From an uncultured virus (IMG/VR IMGVR_UViG_3300025849_000012) (Duplodnaviria; Heunggongvirae; Uroviricota; Caudoviricetes), in IMG/VR virus record IMGVR_UViG_3300025849_000012: DNA of 64,000 nucleotides, one strand, 5' to 3'. The notes beneath the pieces are model-generated. The model searched no databases and was not told the origin of the DNA. It saw nothing but the letters and a program-made list of their open reading frames with translations. How positions within the stretch are numbered: the stretch's first letter is position 1; each line of letters starts with the position of its first letter. The position numbers were made by a program, and so were the translations under genes. Positions 38,935 through 52,600 of this stretch are shown piece after piece.

Positions 38935-40005
38935 ATGACTATTAAGAGCAGCGGACAACTTACGTTCACAGAAATCCATGATGAGTTTAAAACTCTTGGT
39001 GGTACATATGCAAATAAACCTTATACACTCGATGAATACCGTGACCTACCTCCAGGCATGGATTTACCTTCAAGTGGTGCAATTAAATTCAGTGACTTTT
39101 ATGGCAAATCAAGTATAAGATTTGTTGCTGAAGTCGATTGGATTGCTATATCTGATCCTCAAATTAATGGAAAATATAATATTAAAGAATGTAACCTATG
39201 GGACGCATTACAAGCTTTTGGCTTTGATGATCCTGGCGGTTTCTATGATATTTCATTACCAGCGGATTATTGGCTATGGTCTGATAGTACTTCCAAAGGT
39301 GGATTAATTATTCCTAGTAATTTAACTGGCTCTATCATATTCCGTAATAAAGGTAAGATTATAGGTAAAGGTGGTCAAGGTGGACGTCAAGGTAACGCAA
39401 CTCAAAACCTAGGTGAAGCAGGCGGCCCTGCTGTACAAATTGATAACGATCACGTATTTAATTTCTTCAATGAAGCTGGTGCTCATGTCGCTGGAGGCGG
39501 CGGAGGTGGCGGTTCAGGTGGAGGAGGCGCTGGTGCCGGTGGTGGCGGAGGCGCCGGCGGTGGTGCAGGTGGAACTGGATATCGTGAAGGCGCTGGTGGC
39601 GGAGGTGCAGGTGGAGCTTTGACTGCTTCAGGTGCAAATGGCGCAGGAGGTAGTGATGCTGGTGGTGGTAGCGGCGGTGGTGCTGGTGGTGGCGGAGGCG
39701 GCTGGGATAATGGTTCTGGTTGCACTAATGATCCTGACTCTGGTGCTGGAGGCGGTGGAGGTCGAGCATTTCCGGGAACTGGCGGAGCTGGTGGTGGCGG
39801 TAGTAGAGATACTAATGGTAGAAATGGTGGTGCATCTAACAATGCTGGTATCGGCGGTGGATCTGGCCATGGAGCTGGCGGTGGCGGCTGGGGTGCCAAT
39901 GGTGGTACATGTGGAGCAACCGGTGGTGCAGGTGGACGTGCATTTACTACAGGAAATAGTTTTATGAATGTAACTAATAATGGAACGATATGGGGAGCTA
40001 TATAA
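38935..40005 (+). CDS. glycine-rich adhesin (T-even gp38-like)
   Basis: SGAIKFSDFYGKS; N.G.IIG.GG.GG and repeated GGGGGG runs; ends NNGTIWGAI; follows a fibre gene. Confidence 0.72.
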   Translation: MTIKSSGQLTFTEIHDEFKTLGGTYANKPYTLDEYRDLPPGMDLPSSGAIKFSDFYGKSSIRFVAEVDWIAISDPQINGKYNIKECNLWDALQAFGFDDPGGFYDISLPADYWLWSDSTSKGGLIIPSNLTGSIIFRNKGKIIGKGGQGGRQGNATQNLGEAGGPAVQIDNDHVFNFFNEAGAHVAGGGGGGGSGGGGAGAGGGGGAGGGAGGTGYREGAGGGGAGGALTASGANGAGGSDAGGGSGGGAGGGGGGWDNGSGCTNDPDSGAGGGGGRAFPGTGGAGGGGSRDTNGRNGGASNNAGIGGGSGHGAGGGGWGANGGTCGATGGAGGRAFTTGNSFMNVTNNGTIWGAI

Positions 40006-40532
40006 TGGACTCTAGAAAATACGTATTTGCTGATGACTCTTTCTTTTGTAATGTTGCCAGAGAATATTACGATAGGTATCTTGTTAAAGAAGGAATTACA
40101 GCCCAAGGTTGGAAATCATGTATTAAATATGTAAAAAAAGACCCTGCGTGGATTACTAGAGTAAAAGATTTGTATGTTGAATTAGGTGGTGAATACAACC
40201 CAGAAATACATAATGTAAAAAATACAGTTAGGCATATGCTTTTTATATACCGCGATAGAACTTTTCAGGACAGGTTTATTACTTGGAGCCAAACTGATTT
40301 ATATAGATTAACTAAAGATGGTAACGTGTTGCTTGAAGGAACCTTGCCTGAAATAGAATTATTTAAAGCTGTCAAGTATGATGGCAACGAATGGTGGTTC
40401 GCCAAAAGTGCTGAAGGCACTATATTAAATAACGAACAAGAAGTAAACGATTATCAGTCTAGTATTTTACGCGAAAGAAAATATGTTGATAAAGACGATG
40501 TAGACGATTTTGTGCTCTGGAAAGCAGAGTAA
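40005..40532 (+). CDS. hypothetical protein
   Basis: TAATG-coupled to the adhesin; GGGAG RBS; 175 aa. Confidence 0.65.
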   Translation: MDSRKYVFADDSFFCNVAREYYDRYLVKEGITAQGWKSCIKYVKKDPAWITRVKDLYVELGGEYNPEIHNVKNTVRHMLFIYRDRTFQDRFITWSQTDLYRLTKDGNVLLEGTLPEIELFKAVKYDGNEWWFAKSAEGTILNNEQEVNDYQSSILRERKYVDKDDVDDFVLWKAE

Positions 40533-40571
40533 ATAAAATAAAAATTAGACATAAATAATCATACTATTTTT

Positions 40572-40579
40572 TATAAATA
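40572..40579 (+). promoter_or_regulatory. T4-type late promoter
   Basis: TATAAATA upstream of the 4016-aa gene. Confidence 0.7.
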
Positions 40580-40614
40580 AAAAGAAATAGTAGATACTAA
40601 GAAGGTACTCAATA

Positions 40615-43600
40615 ATGTCATTGATTTCAGAACTCGGTCCGATAACAGGCGCCAATACAAGATCTGAGGATCTTTTCGTTATTGTTAACTTGATCCAAGG
40701 TGATGATGGAACAAAGAACATCACACGTAAAGAACTGGTCCAAGCATTACAATTCGAGATTTTCAACAACATAAAAATTACCGGCGGTTCAATTCAAAAC
40801 GTCGTTATGTCAGTATCAACTCTCAACGATGTTGAAATAAACGACTCTACCATATCCAACGGGACAATGACTGGTACGGCGCTTAGCGAAGTATCCATTG
40901 AAGAGTCAACTGCCAATAACATGACAATGACGAATTCAGTAATTACTGATTCTGAGTTTAATGATGGTACTGGTAATAACGTTGTTTTAACAAATTCAAC
41001 TATTGACGACTCAACAATCCTTAATAGCTCTGCCAATAACATGGCGATTGATAATTCCGATTTCTCTAATGGAACCGGTAATAATAATATCTTTACTAAT
41101 TCGCAAGTTGATAACTCATCCTTTGCAAATGTTGCTATTGAACAAGGTACAGCGAACGGCTTAATCCTTACTAACATTACGATTGACGAAATTGTTTTGG
41201 AAGACGCATTAATGTCAAACTCAGTAATTATTACTACTGACTTTAGCAATGGTACAATTAGAGACACTGCAGTATCAAATGTTACTATCGTTGATACAGA
41301 TATTTCTAATTCCGATATCCGTGATACTGATTTAGATAACGTAACAATTACAAACTCAAGATTTGCTAATGGTTTAATTTGGGATACCGTAACAAGTAAC
41401 TCATCTATCATTGACTCAACAGCGAACAATATCGTTATTACGAATTCAGAATTAAATGATAGTACTGCAAACAATGTTCAAATTACAAACTCAGATTTCT
41501 CTGATGGTACTGGTAATAATAACGTATTTACTAATACTACAATCCAAGATGGTACACTTGCTAATAACGTTATTACTGACTCATCATTCCAAGGTACATT
41601 GGATAATGTAACTGCTCAGAATATGACTATTACAAGTTCATCAACTGAAGGACTTGGTCAACAAAAATCAGTTATTGAAAATTCTGAATTTAAAGACGGC
41701 GTCGTATCCAATTCAACAATCGAAGAAAGTACTTTTGTCGACTTTGATATGAATATCACAAAACAATTCGAGCCAATGCTTGATGAAGACAGTTACTTTG
41801 CTCTGAAGAACGTCAAAACTGGCGATACAGAAAAAATGACTTATCGTCAATTATATAACGAATTCTCTAAACAAACAGAAAAATCATTAAAAATCCACGT
41901 TGACCCAGAAGGTAATGATGATTACCCAGGATCTGTTTTACAACCTGTTCGTACTCTTAAAAGAGCATCAGACCTTGCTATTGAAAAAGCAGGTGGTAAT
42001 CCAAATCGTAACGATATTAATAACGCAATCCATATTTCATGTGGACCGGGTACTTATTATGTAGATGAACCAATCGTATTACCTGATGATTGTGCAATGA
42101 CCTCAACAGCTGGTCAGTATGCAACAGTTATTCAGAAAAAACCAGGTTGGGAAAAAACCAATGGTGTTCTAGTTGGTTCAGGTTGTTATGTTCAAGGTTT
42201 CGCATATATGAACTTTGAGGTTGATAACTTTGACCAACCTGAAGGTGGTTTTGCTATCGCTTACAGACCAGGCGCTCTACTAAGACGTTCTCCATATATT
42301 CGTGACTCCTCACAGTTATCAAACTTTAATAGACTTGATGTTGAACCTCCGTTAAATCCATTTAACTCAAAAGGTACCATCCTTGATTTAGGTCAGGAAT
42401 TCTATTTAGTAGCAGGTCACTCTGCACAATCTCAATTCGAAGTTAACGACGAAGTAACATTCTCAAGCGGCGCAACAGGGTTTATCTCATACATTGATGA
42501 TATTGACTCAGCCAGACAAATTTATGTTCGTAACCTTAAAGGTAATGTTGAAGTTGGTGATGTCCTATATGCACAACGTGGTGGTACAGGTACTATCGAG
42601 TCAATCGGTATTGATGATTTCCCTAACAGACTAGTTGGTCGAGGTGGCGGGTGTCTATTAGCAGACAGAGCGGTACTTGATACAGACTCACTATATACAT
42701 ACGTATTATGTTTTGGTTTCACACCTCGTACTCAAAATGGTACAGGATATGTTGCTAAGAACGGTGCTGGTGTTAACGGTATTGGTTCATTATCAATCTT
42801 TACACGTCAAGCGTTCTTTGCTCTTGATGGTGGCCAAATGACATTGAACAACTCAGGTTCTCAGTTTGGTGACATATCAATGCGTGCAAGAGGTTCAACA
42901 GTTATTATTCGACCTGCTGAAGCCAATGCTTCAAACCTAATCGCCAATTCTGCGTTTGCAGACGTCTTGGTAGAAAAAGCAGACGAAATCGTTGATGATA
43001 TGGTTTATTATTTGACAGCAAATACTACATCTGGTGGTTTAGGTTATCAAGGTTATAATGCTGATAAATGTTTCCGTGATACAGGAATTATCGTTGATAA
43101 CACTGGTTACGATATTGCTACAAAAGGTAACTACTGGGGTCGATTAAATGGTATTTCATATCGTTCACCAATTTCATATCTTGTAGTTGATGAGCAATTA
43201 ACTGAAACAACCGGTTCTATTGAACATCTTAAAGGATCTATCGCTAGCTCAGCGGGTGGTATTTTTGCAAACGCAAGTACAGAATTAACTAACAGAATTA
43301 ACACATCACTTGATGAAACTCTTAATATTTTACAAAATGGTGAAGCCGCGGCTAACCCTATTATATTCGCAGACACTGGTAAATCTGACCAAACGGCTGC
43401 TAGAGAAATTGTTCAAACTAACAGAGATTTAATCATTAACGATTTTGTTGATTGGATCGACAATAACGAAGAGTTCTATGCATATGATAGCGCAAAATGT
43501 GAGCGTGATGTACAAGAATATATTTTACCTGCTGTCAAATATGACATGTTATTAGGTACAAATTATAATACTGAAAACGCTGGATTAGCATATTATGTTA

Positions 43601-46600
43601 ATACTGCAAGAACAAGCCTTGAAAATCAAAGAAATGAAACGGTTGCTTCGTTTAAGAGATTACGTAAAACAACTGATGAATTAATTCAAGCTAACTCTGC
43701 TCCAGCGGCAACATCGGCTTACTCTGCATTTAATAACGTTATTGATACGATTGCAGGATCAGGTGACAAATATACACCAACTAAGGCTACATACGACCCA
43801 ACAACAGGCATGATGGTTATTACTATCGGTGCGCACGATTTAACTGTTGGACGTTACGTTAACCTTGCAGAAGAATCATTTACATTCACATGTTCAAGTG
43901 ATAACTTTAAAACAAAAATTAGCCATCCACGCAAATCAGAAAAAGCTTATTTGGCTGCTCTACCAATCGTGGCGGTATCAGCAAAAACTATTACAGTTAA
44001 CCCAGGATTAACCGCCGCAAACTTCGAACACAGATTTGTTGAAGCATCTGATAATGCTGTATCGGTTATCGGTCAACTATTAACATACTCTGATGATACT
44101 GGTATTTCTGTTGATAAACGTAACGCACGTAAAATTCTGCAATCAAATAAAGAATACATCCAAGATTACATGATGGAATGGGCAGATAACGAATGGTATT
44201 TCTACGATAGCAAAAAATGCCACAGAGATACTGAAGAATATATTTTACCTGCAGTACAACGTGATTTAATTCTTGGTACAAACTATAACGCTATTCAAAC
44301 TGGCGCTGCTTACCGTACTAAATCTGGTGAGGTAAGTGTTACTGAACAGTTAGAACAAACTGTTGGTTCTATTGATTATTTAAAAGAAAGAGCTGCTTTA
44401 TTCATTGGTGATAACTCAATTGCAATTGATAGATCAAACGCTTCTTTTGATGAAATGTCTAGATTACTAAATAACAATGGTAAAAAATATACGCCGACTA
44501 ACGCGGTATATGACCCTGCAACAGGTTCAGTTGTTATGACAATTGGTTCTAATGACTTTAACATTGGCGACCAAATTTACATCGAGCCAAATAGTTTAGT
44601 ATTTACATGTGCATTAGATAATAATACAACTGAGCATTCATATCCTTCTACTCAATTCTTAAACTTTACTCCAACCGACGCTTCATACGATGTGGCAACT
44701 GGTGAGTTTAGCGCAACTATTGGTACACATACGCTGAAGGTTGGTGATAAGGTTGAATTTAAACCAAGTTCAATTATCTTTACTTGCGCACTTGATGGTG
44801 ATGTAACAAACCACCCTGCTCCAGAATCACATCACCCTTTCTATAAGAAACAAATCACTATTGAAAAAGTTGACGCAACAAAAATCTATATGAATGTTGG
44901 TGGAATTGTTGATGGCGGCGGTGCTCATACATTTGTAAGTGCATCAGATAATTGTATTCAAGCTGAAAAAATGCACCCTGCATATAAAAAGCCAGTTACA
45001 ATTTCGGCAAGAACTTCAACATCAATTACTGTAAATGTTGGCGAGTCAAGTGATATATCGGCACATACTTTCGTATCAGCAACTACTAATGCAATACGTG
45101 AGGCGGGAATGTGGACTGGTAAATTTACTCCACAAACAGCTACATATAGCCCAGTAACTGGCGAGTTAGAAATTACTATTGGACAACACGATTTACCTGT
45201 TGGTAAATGGATCCAAATCGCACCTGAGTCAATGGTATTCAGTTGTGATGTTGGTGGCGTAACAGGTACAGACCTTTCACCGCTAAATGACCATCCTGCA
45301 TATAAAGAACCGGTAAGAGTTACTGGAACAACATCAGACACAATTACTGTTAATGTTGGTAATGCTGGTGGGCATGCAAACAACCATACATTCGTATCGG
45401 CAACCCCAGATTCAATCGACTCAAACGCGTTATTCTTCTCAGACTCTGCTAGAGTTATTAAAGCCTTTACACCAGAAACAGCTACATACGACCCAGTAAG
45501 TGGCGAGATGGTTATTACTATTACTGACCACGGTATGGGTATCGGCGATCATATTGAATTACAACCATTAAGCTTTGCATTCAGCTGTGCTCATAATGGC
45601 GGTGGTACTGATTACTCACCACGTATTGGTGATAAGGCTTATCAATTACCATTAGAAATTAGTGCAGTAACAACAAATACAATCACGGTAAACTGTGGAG
45701 ACGCAGGAACTAATACTGATCCACATACATTTGTAAGTGCTGATGAAGGCGCGGTTGTACAGGTTGGTGCAAAAGAACAAGGTACATACGCTTCTCGTAT
45801 CCTACAGAAAAACAAATCATATCTTCAAAATGAAGTTAAATTATGGATGGAAAATAATTACTTCGTCTATGACAATGCTAAATGTTCTAGAGATACAGGT
45901 TTAATTTTAGATGCGGTTGCTAGAGATATTCTAACAGACTCAACTGTTAACGCTTACTATGTAGGTAAAGGTTACACAATTGGTACGGTTGGTGCTAATG
46001 CTGTAATTAACGAACAATTAACTCAAACTGTTGGAGCTATAACTTGGCTCAAAGGTAAAATTGCAACTGACGTATTAGTTGATGCCACAGCAATCACAAG
46101 GTCAAATGCGGCATTTGATACTATAATTGATATTATGTCAAATGGTATTGGATCAGCTGCGGCACCGATCTACGGTGACTTAACAATATCACCAGAACAT
46201 CGTCAAGCAGGTAAAGCAATATTTACTAACAAAGCGTTTATCCAAAAAGAAATCATCGCGTTTATCACGGCAGAATATCCAAACTTTGTATATAACACAG
46301 CCGCATGCGAAAGAGATATGGGTATCTTTGTTGACCTGATAGCTTGGGATGTACAAAATGGATCAAATGCATTAAGTGCAACTAACTCAAAACTATATTT
46401 TGAAAATGCTATCCCAGTATTAGATGATGAAGAAGTTGTTCCAACATCAGAGGCGTTCTTCTTTGCATCAGATTTAGTTGGTCAAATTGTTAGAAACGAA
46501 GTTGTTACTCCACTTCAAGGTGCTGTAACTCAAACTATTGTTGAAACAACAACATATACACCAACAACTGCAACATACGATCCAGCAAATGGTGACTTCG

Positions 46601-49600
46601 TAATGACTATGCCTGGACATACAGTTTCTCTTAATGACAGAGTTACATTGGAACCAAATAGCTTTACGTTTACATGCGCAATGGATGGTGACGATGCCGC
46701 GAAAACATATCCTCGAGCAGGACTTGACCCATATGCATTAAAGACATATTTGGTTAAAGAAGTAACATCAAGCACAGTTACATTAGACGCTGCTCCGTCC
46801 GGTCCTAACAAATACTTCACACCAACGTCTGCAAATTATGATGCCGCAACTGGTGAAATGATTGTTAATGTTGGCCAACATGGTTTAAGAGTTGGTAACG
46901 GTATTGTTTTAGAAAATAACTCATTCACATTTACTTGTGACCAAGATGGTAACGCAACTCAGCATACATATCCAAGAGTTGGTGATCCATTAACTGGCAA
47001 ATCATTATCAATTACTGCAGTAGGTGAAACACAACATACACCAACAAACGCAGTACACAGTCCATCAAGTGGTGATACAACAATTACTGTTGCTAACCAC
47101 GGATTTAGTAATGGTGATTATGTAATGATTGCAGATTACGGATTAGTATATACATGCGTACTTGACGGTTACACAGTTGAAAAAGGCTATCCAAGAGCTA
47201 CTGATTTCGCATCAAACCGTTGGTTAGAAATTTCAGATGTTACAACTGATACATTCAAATTAAATGTTGGACCATCACCATATAATGGTGCTCATATATT
47301 TGTAAGCGCAACGGCTAATTCAATCAGACGTCAAACTGGTACAATGACATTCAATGTTGGTGATGCAGGAAGCGCGTCAGGTTCAATACATACATTTGTA
47401 TCTGCAACAGCCAATGCGATGAAACATGAGCCACAAACTGTACATACATTCGTATCAGTTACCGCTGATGCAGTGAATGTAGCAAATATGGCAGAGGCTT
47501 ATACACCAACAGACGTTGCATACGATCATAATTCTGGCGTTATGACAATGACATTGGGTAATCACTCATTTACTGAAAAGGATTATGTAATCTTTGCAGA
47601 AAATGCAATTACTCTATCTTGCCCAACATCACCAACTGATGCTACACCAATTAACATATCACACCCTAGACCAACTGATCCAATATACAACAAACCAGTT
47701 AGAATTGACTCAGTTACTCCAACAACTATTACATTACAAGTTGGTGAAGCTAGAGTTGATAAGGTACATTCATTTGTAAGCGCATTGGCTGACGGTGTAC
47801 GAAGGTCTATTAAACCAGCGGTTGCTCAACATGCTGAAAAATTATTCCACGATGTTGGTAGTGTTATTAGAGAAAACGATGGAACAATCCCTGCAATTGT
47901 TGAACCTGCGTTTGATACTCATACCGCAAACTATACATTAGGTTCAGAATTTGAGTCAATCAAAGGTCAAGCTGTTAAGTATCAAACTGAAATCAACGAA
48001 TACATTTCAGAGCAATACAATGGTTTAGCATATAGTTTAGAAAAATGCCCAAGAGATACAGGTTACATTGTTGATGCGATTTCAGAAGACTTAGAATACG
48101 GCGGAGACTCTGCTACTATATTCAATGCAAGATATTATTTTGAAGGTGCCATTAACGTATTACCTCAATATCAGAGAGAACCGACAAGATTGGCATTCAC
48201 TCACCTTGCAAGTGTAATGGAAAAAGTTGTTAAGAATGAAGTACAAGAACCAATCTTTGGAGCAAGATTTACTCCAACTGGCGCAACATACGATCCAACA
48301 ACTGGTATTATGGTTGCTACAATTGGTACTCACACATTAACAACAGACGATTACGTTTGGTTTAAACCAAGTGCAATTACATTCTCTTGTGATACAGGAT
48401 CAGGACCAACTAACCACGCAAGCCCTGAAGCACATCATCGCTTCTATAACAGAGCATGCCCAATTATTGGAGCTGATGCAACAACAATTACAATGTGGGT
48501 TGGTAATGCTGGAGCATATACCGGAGCTCATACATTCGTATCTGCTTTGACTGACGCGATTTCAGAAATTGATGGTAACATCATATACCAAGATGTATCA
48601 CTTCAAGCTGCTGATACTGCAACAGGAACAATTGCATCTGACCTAGCAATGGTTATAGCGAATATTGTTGACGACAGATTAGTAATACCAGATTACAGAG
48701 GTTCATTAGATATTAGTCAAAGAACTCCTAAGGCATTGCCTACAGAGAACTTACTAACTAAACCAAAAATGGATCCTGCTAGAACATTCGCACGTAAATC
48801 TCTACAATGGAACAGAACGTTTATCCAAGAAGAGATTATTCAATTCGTACGAGATAATAACTACACATTTGATGAAGCGAAATGCGCAAGAGATGCAGGC
48901 TTTATTATTGATGCGGTTAGAAGAGATGTTCAAACAGGTTCAACATACAATGGTAAGTATATCGGTAAATCATATCGTATTGGTACTGTAGGTGCCGATA
49001 AGGTTATTGAAGACCAACTTGCCGAAACAATTGAAGGAATCAGATATGTACAAAAGGACATCGAGGCACAGCTTTCCGGTGTAGCACTTACTAGAGCTCA
49101 AGATTCCTTCAATAACATTATTACATCTATGATTAATGATTACACACCAGATGGTACAAACTATAACTACGGTGTTGGTCAAATTTCTGATAACCACGTG
49201 TTTGCTCGTCAAGCTCTTCAACTTAACAGAGAATTCTTAAAAGAAGAAGCTACTGCTTGGGTCAACGCAAACTACGGCGGATTATCATATGATGTAAATA
49301 AATGTAAACGTGATACAGGCATTATGGTTGACGCGGTATCTTACGATACACAACACGAGTCAAATACCGCAATGCTTGACGTTGCTAAACTATATTTTGA
49401 GAATGGTTTATCCACATTGAGTTCAGCTCAAAGGGCACCAACCGCTGCATTATATACTCACTTAAGTTCAGTAGCAAGTCAAATTGTTCTGAAACAAACA
49501 GTATCGCGATCAGCTGGAAATACTGTTACTCAAAATACCTCATTCGGCGTAGTTACTGCACCAATTGCTCAACACATAACATCACTATGGAAAATAGTTG

Positions 49601-52600
49601 GCGATCTAATTGCTGATGACTCCTTAATTAATATGCCTGATGTTATTGAAATTCCTACAAATACCGTAGGTGCTGAAAACTATCTATATGATCCATCTGC
49701 TACATTGATTGCAGGTCGTAAAGATAATCTACAAGGTACGATTACTCAATACCTAAGAGATAACTTTGACTACCTTGAGTATGATGAAGCTCGATGCAGA
49801 AGAGATACAGGTTATATTGTTGACGCGATTTCACACGATATTCAATATGGTGGTAACTCTGCAATGCATGGCACGGCTGAACTTTACTTTAAGAATGCTG
49901 TTAATATTCTACCAATTGACCAACGTCAATCAACAAGAGAAGCATTTGAATATCTTGGTAAGGTAGTTCGTTGGGTAACTCGTAACGAAATGGTACCACG
50001 TAAAGAGGGTCGCAAGTTTACACCAACAACTGCTACTTACGATCCTGATACTGGTGTCTTCACGGCAACAATGGCAAATCATAATCTTAAAGTTGGAGAT
50101 TATGTAATGATTGCTCCAAACAGCATTAACTTTACATGTGCCTTAGATGGTAACCAACATTTACACCCTGCGCCAGAAGCACATCATCCATATTACAATG
50201 CACCGATGAAAATCACTGCAAGAACTGGAACAACTATTACTATGAATGTTGGCAAGGTTCCATACGGTAAAGGTGGTGGAGCTCACACATTCGTAAGCGC
50301 AACATTAAATGCAATCACTCATATAACTGGTAATACTGTTAGACAAGAGATGAACTTTAGAGCTGCTCGACGTACGATCGCAGATGAAGCAAAATCATTA
50401 GCAACGATGTTGGCAAAAGTATCTGATGATAATAGCCCAGCAAATATTCCATCACGAATTGATCCTGACTTAACTTGGATCCAATCTGATTTATTAGTTG
50501 CTAAGAACGTAGTTGATGATAACACAATTCAAATGGCGAAGGATTTACAAGTTCATATTGCTACAGAATATAACGGTATATCATATTCAAAAGAAAAATG
50601 TCGTAGAGATGTTGGCGTAATGATTGATGCTATATCTCACGATGTTAACTATACAACTAACTATGCAATGATAATGACTGCGGGTCTATACTTCGAAGGC
50701 GCACATTCAATATTACCTGCAGACCAAAGACAACAGACTGCTCACTTCTTTACAGAAATGGCTGGGGTTGTTAAATCAATTGTTCAAAATCAAACTGCAT
50801 ATCAGAGAGGATTTACTTCAACTGATGCAACATACGATGCTGATACAGGTTACTTTACTGCAACTATCGATGCAGACCACGGTTTAGAAATAGGTGATTA
50901 TGTATCGTTTGAACCTTTAAGCTTTACATTCTCATGTGATACTGGTGCTGGTCCAACTGACCACGCGGTGCCTGAATCACATCACCCTTATTACGATACA
51001 CCTTGTCCAATTCTTCATGTTAATGGCAATGTGATAACAATGTGGGTAGGACCGGCAGCTACATACTCAGGTGCTCATACATTCGTAAGTGCAACTGAAG
51101 GCGGATTGAAGAAAGCAGTTAAAACTTGGACTACACAAGATACAACAATTACTGCGGCTACATCAGTTGAAGGCGAAGAGGTTGCTGACTTGGTTCGTAT
51201 CGTAGAAGATGCGATCAGAAGAGATAACATTGACGGTCTACCAGATATTATCGAGCCTAACTTATCTTGGGTTGATGCTGGTAAAATCGAAGCTTCACAA
51301 ATTATTGATGATAACCTTGACGAACTTGCTGATGATGTTACTAAATTCCTTAAAGATACATTTACTATTATTGATTACTCTAAAGCTAAATGTCGCAGAG
51401 ATGCCGGATATATCATTGATGCGATGTCTTGGGATCTCAACTATGGTGGTAACTTAGCCACAAGATGGAATGCAGATTTCTATTATTGGAATAACGAATT
51501 ACGCATCCCAGAAGATACAAGAGTTGCTACAGCAAAAGCTTACCGTCAACTTGGATATATCGTAAGTCAAATCGTTATTGGTAAGCATCCAAATCAAGCT
51601 ATACGTTCTGAATTAGGAACAACTAAACAAGAAGCTCAAGCAATTAAACTTGGTGATATATTACATAATGTGATGTTCTACGATACACCTAAATCACTCG
51701 GTCCAATCGAAGAACCTAACTTTGCTTGGGAAGAAACTAAAGAGTTTAGTTTTGCTAAAGACATCTTAGATAATAACAGAGGTAAATTACAAAGAGAAGT
51801 ACAACGTCATATTACTTCAACATATAAATTTATCGACTTACCTAAAACATATCGTGATGGTGGTAACTTCCTTAAAGTTCTACAAAATGATTTCAAAGGT
51901 AGAGTTATTGATCCAGTTGTTGGTACAGTTGGTTCGGATAAAGGTTCAAGGTCATTCGTTGGTGCATTATTTAATATTGACGCACAACACGTATTCCCAG
52001 TATTCAACCCACCATCAGATTATGTTGATTGGCGTAGATTAAGATTTAAAGGTACAACAAATACTGTTCCATCCTTACAAGACTTTAACTCTACTTCAAA
52101 GAAATGGGATGCACGAATTGTTTCAACTAATAACAATGGTAACAGATATGCAGGTAATATCTACGTATACAACGGAGCATCAGTTTGGACTCTTATAACT
52201 GAAGGTCCTAACAATACTGATTTACTTGACTCATTCACTGGCGCATGGTCAAGAATGAAAACATATATAAATAACAATATCGCTCCTGATGTGGATCACT
52301 CAACAATGGTAACTGAATTGATAGATAATCTTATCATAGATAGTGTCATAAGACCTAACTTCTTAACTTTCGGTTCACTCGTTGAATCAATTGCCCACCA
52401 GTTCAATGGTGCATCGGCAGGTGTTAACAGAAATGCCTTACCGCTGAACTTTAGAAACGTGGGTGCCGCAATTGGTGCTAATGCCTCTGTATTATCAGAA
52501 GGCGGAGGTAGGATCAGATGGTCAGGTTCAGACGAATTAAACAACCAGTACTTCGCAAGAGGACTAAAGATTAACGGTAGAACAGGTCGAATTGAAGGTC

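Noticed and set aside
39483..40106. 207-aa proline-rich ORF on the minus strand
   Set aside because: Antisense shadow of the GGN-rich adhesin codons; no independent support.
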